From assembly GCA_030141605.1 (NCBI GenBank), contig JAQGDQ010000572.1, forward strand, positions 62,001 to 126,000: 64,000 nucleotides of DNA. The letters run 5' to 3'. Made by a program: the position numbers and the translations under genes. Source of the stretch: Tubiluchus corallicola. Lineage: Eukaryota; Animalia; Priapulida. The notes below the pieces were generated by a model that made no database searches, was not told the origin of the DNA, and was given only the letters and a program-made list of their open reading frames with translations. Positions 25,458-37,106 of this stretch are shown piece by piece (position 1 is the stretch's first letter; each line of letters starts with the position of its first letter).

Positions 25458-26640
25458 CTCTGGAGTCATCTACTGACATGATCCTCACAATCTCTTTAGT
25501 TTGGGCTCCCTGTCACCCGCAACCGCCCATGTCTCTGGAGTCACATGTCGTTTGACTTGACCCTCCTGATCACTCTACTCTATGCTCCCTGTCACCCGCA
25601 ACCGCCCATGTCTCTGGAGTCACACGTCGTTTGACTTCACCCTCCTGATCACTTTACTCTATGCTCCCTGTCACCCGCAACCGCCCATGTCTCTGGAGTC
25701 ACATGTCGTTTGACTTGACCCTCCTGATCACTCTACTCCATGCTCCCTGTCACCCGCAACCTCCCATGTCTCTGGAGTCACACGTCGTTTGACTTGACCC
25801 TCCTGATCACTTTACTCTATGCTCCCTGTCACCCGCAACCGCCCATGTCTCTGGAGTCACACGTCGTTTGACTTGACCCTCCTGATCACTCTACTCTATG
25901 CTCCCTGTCACCCGCAACCGCCCATGTCTCTGGAGTCACACGTCGTTTGACTTGACCCTCCTGATCACTCTCCTCCATGCTCCCTGTCACCCGCAACCTC
26001 CCATGTCTCTGGAGTCACACGTTGTTTGACATGACCCTCCTGATCACTCTACTCCATGCTCCCTGTCACCCGCAACTGCCCATGTCTCTGGAGTCACACG
26101 TCGTTTGACATGACCCTCCTGATCACTCTACTCCATGCTCCCTGTCACCCGCAACTGCCCATGTCTCTGGAGTCACACGTCGTTTGACTTGACCCTCCTG
26201 ATCACCCTACTCCATGCTCCCTGTCACCCGCAACCTCCCATGTCTCTGGAGTCACACGTCGTTTGACTTGACCCTCCGGATCACTCTACTCCATGCTCCC
26301 TGTCACCCGCAACCTCCCATGTCTCTGTATTTTTGATATCTAGTGGTGTTAATAAGATCCTATTAGTTGTAATTGATTTAAGTCAGCAGCTGTCCTCCTT
26401 GTGGTTTCTTTTCTTTCTGCACTGCTTCTTTGAAAGTTGATTTTAATGGACTGTCATCTGATAGTCGCACAACATGTCCCATCCATCTCAGTCTTCTCCG
26501 TTTCATTTGTCCATTCCTCTGCCTTGACTTTCTTATACAGATCCTGGTTTGATATTTTCTGGTTATATAATTACCTGTACATTTTATTATACAGATCCTG
26601 GTTTGATAAATACCACAGATCCATCAAATACTTTTTAGCA
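25448..26640 (-). mobile_element. Degenerate RTE-clade LINE 3' fragment with tandemly amplified 3' end
   Basis: Minus strand encodes KRRRLRWMGHVVRLSDDSPLKSTFKEAVQKEKKPQGGQLLT and TWAVAGDRE/WSRVIRR; ends in a (GAT)n tail. Confidence 0.75.
25505..26327. repeat. Tandem array, 79-bp unit, about x10
   Basis: gctccctgtcacccgcaacc... at 25505, 25584, 25663 and onward. Confidence 0.97.
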
Positions 26641-27020
26641 ACAAGGGAAACCGTTTGCATTGTGTTGTAAATCAACTTATGCAGTAGTTTTTTATCCAAT
26701 GGCTATGAACTTTCTACTGCAGATCTATCACACACCTTTTGGCAATAAGGGAAACCTTTTACATTGTGTTGTAAATCAACTTATGCAGTAGTTTTTTTAT
26801 CCAATAGTTATGAACTGCAGATCTATCACGCACCTTTTGGCAATAAGCGAAACCTTTTACATTGTGTTGTACGTCAACTTATGCAGTAATTTTTTTATCC
26901 AATGGCTATCAACTTTGTGCCCATCAAGCACCTTTTAGTACATGTAATAAGGCAAATCTTTGCATTGTATTGTACATTGCCTTATGCAGCAATCTTTTAT
27001 CCAATGGCTATCAACTTTAC
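26632..27020. repeat. Diverged tandem repeat, about 100-110-bp unit x3-4
   Basis: gcaataagggaaacc...aaatcaacttatgcagtagttttttatccaatggctat repeated; a fragment also at about 25030. Confidence 0.8.
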
Positions 27021-27260
27021 TAGGTATCTCGACTGTGCCACGAGTCATTACAAATCCAGGTAAGGAAATACGGTATCGTCAGCTTTTCAGTTCGGCTTCT
27101 AGACACGTAACCTAGTTTCCTTACCTGTTCGTTTGAAGATATTTACACCTCGCTACAATTTTGCTGAAGCATGAAAATCTCTTTTTAACAGCTCTTCTGT
27201 TAATGCTTTGTATGTATGGCCTCAAATGTGAACTAAAAATCGTTATTATCTACGTGTTGC

Positions 27261-27897
27261 TATAGGTTTTACATGTCAAATGTAGACCTGCGTTAACTCA
27301 AATGTAGATTTAGGTAATTCAAATGTGTCTTGGTAACTCAAATGTAGACTTGGGTAGTTCAAATGTGTTAACAATGGTTTTCAACAAATCTTGAGTGCTT
27401 TTGGTAAGTGAAATGTAGACACATGTGAAGTCAAATGTGACATTGGTATCTCAAATGTGGATAGGTGGTAAAGTTTAAGGATGTTAAATTTAATCTTCTT
27501 TAATTTCAATTTAATAATTGCTCTTAAGCTAAAATAACAACGTTATAGGTTCACTAATATTCTGCAAACTTTACATACCATTGGAACTGTTAGAGAAAAC
27601 AATGCATTCTTAAAATGTTTCTTGAGAGAAACTAATTCATTAATGCAGTGCTAATGCGTTACTTAAAAAACTAATTAGTGATTCACTGTTCATTGGGAAG
27701 TGGGAACCAATTTCTTCTTTTCTGCCGACATTATGGTTAATCAAAGAATTTCGTTTGATGATAAACAACGCATTTTTCAAAGTTATTTGAATTTGCATTT
27801 GGTTTTATCTTTTCATCAAAATTCCTATGTCTACATTTGACTTACCTAAGTCACATTTGAACTTTCCTGTGTCTACATTTGACGTGTAAAACCTATA
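27261..27897 (+). mobile_element. Unclassified MITE family C (TATA-GGTTTTACAYGTCAAATGTAGAC TIR)
   Basis: About 27-bp TIRs, subterminal TCAAATGT repeats; four copies in the window. Confidence 0.85.
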
Positions 27898-28476
27898 ATA
27901 GTTCAGTAGCGGTGGCGTTCAGTAACGTTTAGAATTTTAGAACCATTTAAAACAATGAAAAGAATAGTCAAAGTCCATTAAAAGGACTGTAACTTGGAAC
28001 CCATTGTTTTTTCCGACCTTGCATTCATAAACGCCTGTACAGTGTACCGCAGCATGGCTGCTAAGACGCTATACCGGAGTAAGTTTATATTATTTTCCAC
28101 AAGTTTTAGGATCGATTTTTGAACAGGAACTTTTTTAGTACTACAGTTGGTAATTTTGCTCACGAGTGGATAAGTGTGGGGGTGTCACAATACACCAAAA
28201 GTACAGACAAAAAGTACTGATTGCTATTGTGAGCCATGATTTGCGTGACTACATTTAAGCATGACTACTGCAGTTCGTTGCTACTAGGTGGCGTATTTTT
28301 CTGTTGTGCAGTTTTGCATAATGTGGATTTGCAACTTAAACTTCTTGTGATATTATACTGGATGATAACTCTTCTATCATAGTTTAAATCAGTAGTTGAC
28401 TTGGTAACTTAGGCCTAGGTGCAGTTTTTTATTGCATCATGAACTGCTGATTTTGCTCACTATGCATAATATTTAA

Positions 28477-29122
28477 AGCACAAGAAAACCCTCCACTTAC
28501 GTGAAGCTTAAAAAAACTCGTCTTGAAATTTTATACCACTTACTGCCTTTTTGCATGCAGGGCTTGCGTCGGCAGTAACACTGTGTAAAACTTCTAAATT
28601 TAAACACCCGCGATGACTGTTAGGTGCAGCCATTTTAATGGTAGGTCATTTGAAACAAGTTTGGATAACATTGTGTGAAGTTTGAAAAAATAATCAGAGC
28701 ATTCGTAGCACATGTATTACTAATAAAGTAAAATTTTAAAATGCTGTACCTTGTCAATAAGATTAAAAATACGTTTTTGGTTAGTGAGTGGCGCACCATG
28801 GAGGGTGAGCCAGTGGCATTTTACCAATTAGCACAAACATTTTACCAGCAGGTAAGCGAAATGCTAAGTAATATACAATTGCACGGGTAAAGTTTTTGGG
28901 ACATATTTTAACGCTGTCTTTTCTTCCCCTGATTTATGTTTGCGCTGATGATGTCATGTAATGACGCAGTCGGAACAGTATTGCGGGAGATTTAAAATGA
29001 AGAGAAACAAAAATTCCTTTTAAACAGAGTACGATATACGCATAAAAATGCTGTAAAGTAGTATAATAATTTTTAAGGCGATTTTTCTGAAACCTACTTC
29101 ACGTACCCCTTTTCTTATCTTT
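28477..29122 (-). mobile_element. Kolobok-like MITE family B, inverted copy
   Basis: Reverse complement of 13074-13725. Confidence 0.65.
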
Positions 29123-29817
29123 TTGAGGCTGAACCAGTAGATTTTATGTTTTACTAGTTTGTATGCCTTACGAACTAACTTTGATTGTTGCATGCATATG
29201 CAACCTGAATATGGTTAAGTTTTGATTGGTGGTTTCATAAAATGTATTTATTGTAAAAAAGGTGGATTTGCTTTTACGATTTAATGCCACTTTCGGAGAT
29301 CATTTTTTACATTAGTGTACTGTGTGCATGCGGGTTTTTATCTAGCCTGAAATGCGTTGTGATTTGGCGGTTTATTTGTACACGTGACTGCAGCGGAGTT
29401 TGATGCGAAACCAGTGAATGTGCAAAAACCTGGATTTCTGTGATAATAACGTCAGGAGGACTGGGACAATAAAATGAGTAAACTGTAAATTGTCTTTCGT
29501 GCAAAAAAAAACATTGTTGATCTTACACGTTCAGCCCTCTGAAATAAACGATGTTGGCAGAGAGATAGACTTGTTCATGCATTTTGTGCGGTAGAATCGC
29601 TTCGCACACAAAAAGTTTTTCGTAGTTGCAATCGCACGCCGCACATGCCGCACATTTCTTGGCCTTTATTTCGAAAACGAAATGCACGTTTTAGTGAACA
29701 TATGCAAAAATTATGCATGCTTTGCATATTTTTTTCAAGACTTTCATGCATAGAATTATGCATAGACTTTCAAGATACGCACAATCGCGCATATAATTTC
29801 CTCGTTTTTTTTCTTAG

Positions 29818-29985
29818 ATATCGAGATATGCATCTTCCTGGCCGACAGGTCGGGGGTGGAGTTCACGGTGGAGGGAGGCAAGCTAGCCACCGCGCAGGAC
29901 CTCCACGAGCTCGTAGTGGAGCTGCTGGAGATGCCGTCCGTCGCCAAGGAGCTCTTTGCCTTGTGGGTAGTTTCACCGTTTCTTG
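29818..29985 (+). CDS. FRMD8: FRMD8 exon 3 (FERM F1: IEICIFLAD...FALWVVSPFL)
   Basis: Matches FRMD8 VYLADD...FALWLVSPLLE; ttcttag| and G|GTAAGC, phase 1-1. Confidence 0.92.
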
Positions 29986-30092
29986 GTAAGCAACGTTGTC
30001 CTCGTAGAAGAAATGCGGACGCTTTAAATTGGTGTTTTTCATGTAACTGCTTCATGGCTTTGCATTGTGTGACAATGCCATTTAACTAATAC

Positions 30093-30093
<1 letters not shown>

Positions 30094-30129
<36 letters not shown>
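30094..30129. repeat. (AAT)n microsatellite
   Basis: Direct reading; possibly a retroelement tail. Confidence 0.9.
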
Positions 30130-30130
<1 letters not shown>

Positions 30131-30378
30131 CTATTTAACGGGTGCTGTTAAAACTGTTGCTATTACGCTAGCTTGTCAGTGTTGCAATTACAGCAGGTGT
30201 TGTCAAGTGTACACAAATGCGTTGTCTGGTACATTTAACCTTTGACCTTTTCACGATCATCAATCGCTCGAACTGTGAAAAAGCTTATTGTCTCACAAAA
30301 CAAATTCGCTTATATACCTATAATATGGGTAACATTTTTTCTTTGTCTGTTTTGCGTGTCACAAGTTTCATTTTTCAG

Positions 30379-30480
30379 AGATACAATTGAAACCACATCA
30401 CATTCCGTTCAGAATTGTCCAGCAGTGGCCGGAATTATTACTCAAGTACACAATGTGCAGCAATCGAGACGTAAACAATG
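30379..30480 (+). CDS. FRMD8: FRMD8 exon 4 (EIQLKPHHIPFRIVQQWPELLLKYT)
   Basis: Matches [25 protein letters not shown]; canonical splice sites. Confidence 0.93.
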
Positions 30481-31056
30481 GTAAGTGCCAGGCAAGTAGC
30501 AATGGCTTCACAAATGCGATAATTCTCTAAATAATTGCCTTGATGTAAGAGACAGACATTTTTAGTGACCTATAATAAAACAGTAAAATCTGCCGAGTAA
30601 ATTTCGACGTCTTTTAATTCAATTAGGTTTTAGCGGAAGTCGCTTTGCTAGCAATAATGGCTTCTTCTGAAACCAATAAACTTTTACGGCATGGAAATGG
30701 CTTCGTCGTAGTCGGTTTTCTCTTAGCTTCACTTGATTAGGGATCATTTAAAGGAAGATAGGATGATTTTTGATATCCTACAACATTTTTAGTCTGATAA
30801 AGAGTACAGTTAATGCTACAAAAACGTCTTAATTAACGGCAAGCGAGCCCAACTACAGATGACATCACAAACTAACATAATTTTCAACAGCAAAAATATT
30901 TCACGAGCGTGTTGCACGTGTTTGCGAAAGCGAAAATTGAAGTACAGCGTTGCCGTAAGGTATTCAGTGTGTTGCGCTAAAACTAGAAAACTTGGTAAAT
31001 GACGTGTACGAGTTTCGTGAAACTACTTGCCATTAGTTGCTTTGTAAAAAGAAATA

Positions 31057-31505
31057 CAGTGTTCCCTCGCTACTTCGTGATTTGTTTATCGCGGACTCGC
31101 TGTTTTGCGGGTTTTCAAAAATATTAATGTAAAATATTTATCTCAGTATTTTCGCTGTTGCGCGGGTTTTTGCGGTACTCCGTCTAAAGTATTTTTGCAC
31201 CTGTGTAGTACGTATTGTACAGTAATATATAGATTTGATGAATTTTGCATAAAAAAATCACAAAATGTATAAAAATATATCTAAAATATAAATTCTAACA
31301 TTAAAAGAATATTATAAATCATAAAAAATTACCATTTACGGTAAATAGTATATTTATTCGGCGGATGAATACACACCGAAAACGAAATATAGTACTTGCG
31401 CCCGTTTGAGATGCTATTTGCCGACGTAGCGTCCCTACTTCACTGAAATTCACTTATCGCGGGTGGGCCTGGAACGGAACACTCGGGATAAGTGAGGGAA
31501 CACTG
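31057..31505. mobile_element. Tigger/pogo-like MITE
   Basis: TA|CAGTGTTCCCTC...GAGGGAACACTG|TA. Confidence 0.85.
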
Positions 31506-31764
31506 TATTTAATTTACTTTTGCATTTTAAGTAAGTAATTTTATCCGTGCATATTGTCCAGTGATTTCAATATATTTAATTGTATATTAAAATGCAATAA
31601 ATGTTATTCGAAGGTTGGTTTTTACTTCAACGTGACAATTTTAAACAAAGTGTTCATACGTGATTAGATAGTAAGCGAACGTTTTCTTGTGTGATGTTTT
31701 TGTTTTTGTTGTGGGATGTTTTTGTTTTTGATCGTGTTTAAATGTCCGCGTTTTGGCTTTGCAG

Positions 31765-31823
31765 ACGAACCACTATTGATGTTTCGGAGAAATGCTTTCT
31801 TTCCAAAATCCAGGGAGAAGGAG
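31765..31823 (+). CDS. FRMD8: FRMD8 exon 5 (DEPLLMFRRNAFFPKSREKE)
   Basis: Matches DEPFLQFRRNVFFPKRRE; phase 1-0. Confidence 0.93.
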
Positions 31824-32117
31824 GTATGCAGCGTGTTAACTTATTTTTGCAGTGGTCATCTTTATCTGCTTTGTAAATTATCATTGCCATGGTTACCAAC
31901 TGGAAGAATTTCTTCATATTCTTTGTACTCGGCTCGAGTAATTTGCTTGTTAAAATAAAAAGAAGTGCTTAAATGTTTTGTCTTTCAAACATTTTTTATG
32001 AAAGTGGCAAAAAGTTGCTTCACCATTGTTGTTTATCCTGAATGTATATGAATGAAACTCCTAGTCAGGTAACTGTAGAATACTTAAGCTTTGCTGGACG
32101 GTGCTTTGTGCTTTTAG

Positions 32118-33440
32118 GACATACATACACAATGACGTGCACATGTAGTTGTTTCTAAGACGTACACATTGATGTACACATGTAGTGTTTCTAAGACATA
32201 CACATTGATGTGCACATATAGTGTTTCTAAGACATACACATTGAGGTGTCCATATAGTGTTTCTAAGACATATACGTTAATATGCACATGTAGTTGTTTC
32301 TAAAACATACACGTTGATGCGAACATATAGCGTTTCTAAGACGTACACATTGATGTGCACATGTAGTGTTTCTAAGACATACACATTGATGTGCACATGT
32401 AGTGTTTCTAAGACATACACATTGATGTGCACATGTAGTGTTTCTAAGACATACACATTGATGTGCACATGTAGTGTTTCTAAGACATACACATTGATGT
32501 GCACATGTAGTGTTTCTAAAACCTACACATTGATGCGCACATGTAGTGTTTCTAAGACATACACATTGATGTGCACATGTAGTGTTTCTAAAACATACAC
32601 ATTGATGTGCACATGTAGTGTTTCTAAAACCTACACATTGATGCGCACATGTAGTGTTTCTAAAACATACACATTGAGGTGTCCATATAGTGTTTCTAAG
32701 ACATATACGTTAATATGCACATGTAGTTGTTTCTAAAACATACACGTTGATGCGAACATATAGCGTTTCTAAGACGTACACATTGATGTGCACATGTAGT
32801 GTTTCTAAGCATACACATTGATGTGCACATGTAGTGTTTCTAAGACATACACATTGATGTGCACATGTAGTGTTTCTAAGACATACACATTGATGTGCAC
32901 ATGTAGTGTTTCTAAGACATACACATTGATGTGCACATGTAGTGTTTCTAAGACATACACATTGATGTGCACATGTAGTGTTTCTAAGACATACACATTG
33001 ATGTGCACATGTAGTGTTTCTAAGACATACACATTGATGTGCACATGTAGTGTTTCTAAGACATACACATTGATGTGCACATGTAGTGTTTCTAAGACAT
33101 ACACATTGATGTGCACATGTAGTGTTTCTAAAACCTACACATTGATGTGCACATGTAGTGTTTCTAAGACATACACATTGATGTGCACATGTAGTGTTTC
33201 TAAGACATACACATTGATGTGCACATGTAGTGTTTCTAAGACATACACATTGATGTGCACATGTAGTGTTTCTAAGACATACACATTGACGTGCACATGT
33301 AGTGTTTCTAAGACATACACATTGATGCGCACATGTAGTGTTTCTAAGACATACACATTGATGTGCACATGTAGTGTTTCTGAGACATACACATTGACGT
33401 GCACATGTAATGTTTCTAAAACAGACATCGATGTGCACAT
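32118..33440. repeat. Minisatellite, 39-bp unit, about x34, with a higher-order duplication
   Basis: gacatacacattgatgtgcacatgtagtgtttctaa repeated; variant block 32240-32360 recurs at about 32672-32790. Confidence 0.97.
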
Positions 33441-33475
33441 GCATAATGAAGTCGATTACTTTGCAAACTTTACAG

Positions 33476-33642
33476 GTGTCTGATGATGAGTTGATACGAC
33501 TTCTCTACGAAGAAGCCAGATTTAATGTGGTTGAGGGACGGTATCCTTGCTCAGAGGAGGATGCTTTGACATTAGCCGGCTTACAAGCTACCATTGAATA
33601 CCGGCAGCATGATCCATTGCAGCATAAACCTTCGTTCTTCAG
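33476..33642 (+). CDS. FRMD8: FRMD8 exon 6 (VSDDELIRLLYEEARFNVVEGRYPC)
   Basis: Matches LRLLYEEAKGNVLAARYPC; phase 0-2. Confidence 0.95.
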
Positions 33643-33875
33643 GTACATGCTCTCATTTCATTTCATTCGTTTATAAAATGCCGTCCAGCAACAGCTGAAG
33701 GTGTTTCTAGAATGCATAATCCCCATTTGCAGACATCTGGGGTATGAGGGCAGATATTATGTGTTCTTATAAGATGATGCAAGTATCTCGCGATTTGAAC
33801 TCATTTCTTGCCGTCTCACCTTTGCTTTTGCTATAGTAAATAAAAAGATCAATAAATTTTGAAAATACTGAATGA

Positions 33876-34247
33876 ATTATTATTATTATTATTATTATTA
33901 CTATGACCCAGCGGCCATGTGTAGAGGAGTAAACCTTCCAAATCAGGAGTGGAGCCCTGAAGGCCGAGCAGCGCAGCATGCTCGCTGACTCCGGCAGCTC
34001 CTGCAGCCAACCTCGCTCCGCTTTCCTTTGGACTACACCAGGGAGGAAGAGAGGGGGTTCCTGTTGTCTGGGCAACTCAGAATCTCCATACACCTTGCCC
34101 AGCCGTGCGCCCTGGAGAGGCCATTCCAGTGGTTCAAAGATGGGACTGCTCAGCCACAGTTGACGCTGCAGCTCCATCAATGTGATCAATAACTGACTCT
34201 CTTGGCGCACACTCCGTTGTCTTCCGAGACAGAAGGATGCCAACAAC
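33876..34247 (-). mobile_element. GC-rich non-autonomous retroposon, probably RTE-derived, with (AAT)n tail
   Basis: Sharp GC rise; minus strand begins gttggcatccttctgtctcgg (RTE 5'-UTR-like as recalled) and ends in an aataataat tail. Confidence 0.6.
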
Positions 34248-34316
34248 AAATGGTTAATGTTGTATTACCTCATTTCAATGGCTTTTACATCCTAATGTGA
34301 GCCTTTTCATTTTTAG

Positions 34317-34481
34317 AGACAAAGTAGTGCTGTTTCTACCGGAAAAGTATCAGAAGTCGAGCTTGTTCAGAACTAGACCGGAGGAAAAAATTGCGCAACA
34401 CTTTGCAAACACGCCAACGAACAATCGAATCTCATTGCATCAGTCTTATCTAGAACTTTGCTGGCAGATGCCGTATTACGG
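34317..34481 (+). CDS. FRMD8: FRMD8 exon 7 (RDKVVLFLP...YLELCWQMPYYG)
   Basis: End of FERM F2 (LPFYG-like); phase 2-2. Confidence 0.93.
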
Positions 34482-34647
34482 GTGAGTTTTATTCCTGTAT
34501 TTAACTCCCCGTCATTATTTTGATTAATGTGTGCATAATTGTGATTGCGAAGACACGTTTATTTTTCCTTGCTAACAAACAGCGTTAGCACAGATGTCTA
34601 TTTAGCGACTTATACTTACAATCTATAAAATAAAGACACACGCATAG

Positions 34648-35315
34648 CAAGGGATGGGCGATTAATAGATTAATCGAGATTACAACCATGTATGAATAGA
34701 TAAAATCGGCTACTGAACAGTAATTCAGATAATCATTAATCTTACAGGTTACGATTAATTAAGATTAATCTTGATTATCTGAATAATTAAAATTACAGGT
34801 TAAACAAATCAAGTCCCTATCAGCATTTAAAACAAAATTAAAATCACTAATATTAACCAGATATGAAATACCATCACACCAGTACGACAACATACACACT
34901 AATTCAGAATTCATATATCCACGGCCATATTAATTAAATCATAATTTTTTCATTTTTTTGTGCATAGTTGTAAATATGTTTGATTTTATTCGTCGTTACT
35001 TTCCATTACTGCACAGTAGTTTAGATTGCACTGACGCATTTGCCTTTAGCAGTGTAAGTTTTTATTAACTAACACTGATTGATCATCTCTGTAAAGTTTT
35101 TATCGGTGATTATCAATGTATTTTAATGGCAAATAAAGATTATTATATATATATATATATATATAGTCCATAGCAAAAATATACGTGTTCAACACATACT
35201 AAAAGCTAACGTGTTAGCACAAATAAACGTTAATTCCCGCATTTTTTCTTCGTTTTTCTTGCCTTGCACAATGAGCACAATTGCAAACCACAGTGTTGCA
35301 AATTTCAAATTTATT
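34648..35315 (+). mobile_element. hAT-like MITE, interrupted, related to 48229-49133
   Basis: gggatgggcgattaatagattaatc terminus; 35200-35310 is the reverse complement of 48510-48630. Confidence 0.55.
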
Positions 35316-35571
35316 TTCACATGACGAGTGTAGTTGACATAGAAATAAAGAAGTTAGCAAATGTGCATGTCTGCAATAGTTTGTGGGTTGGGATGAAATT
35401 GGCAGACAGCACTGAAAGCCATGAAGAAATTTATAAGCTATATATTAATGCTGCAATGTTCGAAAAATATTGCTAAAATACTAAAAAAATACCGGAAAAG
35501 ATTAATCGTGATATCTCGAATACAAGAACAAGATTGTAGTCGAATTAGAAAATTTAGATAAACTGTTAAAG

Positions 35572-36505
35572 AATGTTAATTAGACTGAAGAGGTGAACAA
35601 AAAGTGAACATAAAAATGTTAATTAGGCTGAGAAGGTGAACAAAAAGTGAACATAAAAATGTTAATTAGGCTGAGAAGGTGAACAAAAAGTGAACATAAA
35701 AATTGTAATTAGGCTGAAGAGGTGAACAAAAAGTGAACATAAAAATGTTAATTAGGCTGAAGAGGTGAACAAAAAGTGAACATAAAAATGTTAATTAGGC
35801 TGAAGACAAGAACAAAAAGTGAACATAAATATGTTAATTAGGCTGAAGAGGTGAACAAAAAGTGAACATAAAAATGTTAATTAGGCTGAAGAGGTGAACA
35901 AAAAGTGAACATAAAAATGTTAATTAGGCTGAAGAGAAGAACAAAAAGTGAACATAAAAATGTTAATTAGGCTGAAGAGGTGAACAAAAAGTGAACATAA
36001 AAATGTTAATTAGGCTGAAGACAAGAACAAAAAGTGAACATAAAAATGTTAATTAGGCTGAAGACAAGAACAAAAAGTGAACATAAAAATGTTAATTAGG
36101 CTGAAGAGAAGAACAAAAAGTGAACATAAAAATGTTAATTAGGCTGAAGAGGTGAACAAAAAGTGAACATAAAAATGTTAATTAGGCTGAAGACAAGAAC
36201 AAAAAGTGAACATAAAAATGTTAATTAGGCTGAAGACAAGAACAAAAAGTGAACATAAAAATGTTAATTAGGCTGAAGAGGTGAACAAAAAGTGAACATA
36301 AAAATGTTAATTAGGCTGAAGAGCTGAACAAAAAGTGAACATCAAAATGTTAATTAGGCTGAAGACAAGAACAAAAAATGAACATAAAAATGTTAATTAG
36401 GCTGAAGACAAGAACAAAAAGTGAACATCAAAATGTTAATTAGGCTGAAGACAAGAACAAAAAATGAACATAAAAATGTTAATTAGGCTGAAGAGGTGAA
36501 CAAAA
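35572..36505. repeat. Minisatellite, about 44-bp unit, about x21
   Basis: aaatgttaattaggctgaagaggtgaacaaaaagtgaacat repeated. Confidence 0.96.
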
Positions 36506-36976
36506 CATAAACATGAACACAGAAAACCTATACCTGCTAACACACTGAAGCCACTGCAAGCAAGACAGGAAATCTTATTGAACAAGTTTCCTTACAAACT
36601 GGTATTAGATAAAGTAGTTCGGCGCACACTCTCTTGCTCATATGGTGTACAGCTCATAAAGTGGCCAGTTCATTTTGAAGTTTTGTAACGACATTGTATG
36701 TTTATTTTTAAGATACTAATTGTCGTTTACATTGAGAATTCTCTAAGTGCAGTTTAACATCTGTTAAATAAATAAAGAAATTTTTTAATGAAAATTTAAT
36801 ATATTCACAACTGTATTTAATGTAGTGTGAGAATTCCTCTTGTAAATTAATAGCATCACTTGTTTTACGTAATGCTTTTGGAATTGTACGTTCACAGCTC
36901 TGCTTTGTGAGTGTAAACTGTGCTGCCATCTACGTCGTTCGTTATTTTTACCAGTGGCTCCATCTTTCTCGTTTAG

Positions 36977-37106
36977 CTCGGCGTTTTTCTCCGGTCAAAT
37001 CGAACGACCAACGACAATGTTGAAAACTTGGATGCAAAATGTCGACATTGACGTCTGGTTGGCTGTCAACACGTCGAGCGCTTTCATCATCGACAAGGAA
37101 AAAAAT
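36977..37106 (+). CDS. FRMD8: FRMD8 exon 8 (SAFFSGQIERP...FIIDKEKN)
   Basis: Matches CAFFHGEVDKP...VHVIDSREK; donor AAT|GTACGC, phase 0 into exon 9. Confidence 0.92.

Noticed and set aside
32277-33483. Cys-rich repetitive ORFs on both strands
   Set aside because: By-product of a 39-bp intronic minisatellite; no splice or compositional support.
33767-34249. 160-aa minus-strand ORF as a nested gene
   Set aside because: Coincides with a GC-rich retroposon and its (AAT)n tail (poly-Ile).
35572-36505. Tandem hammerhead ribozymes (CTGAAGA in each unit)
   Set aside because: No GAAA core box or stem II/III pairing.
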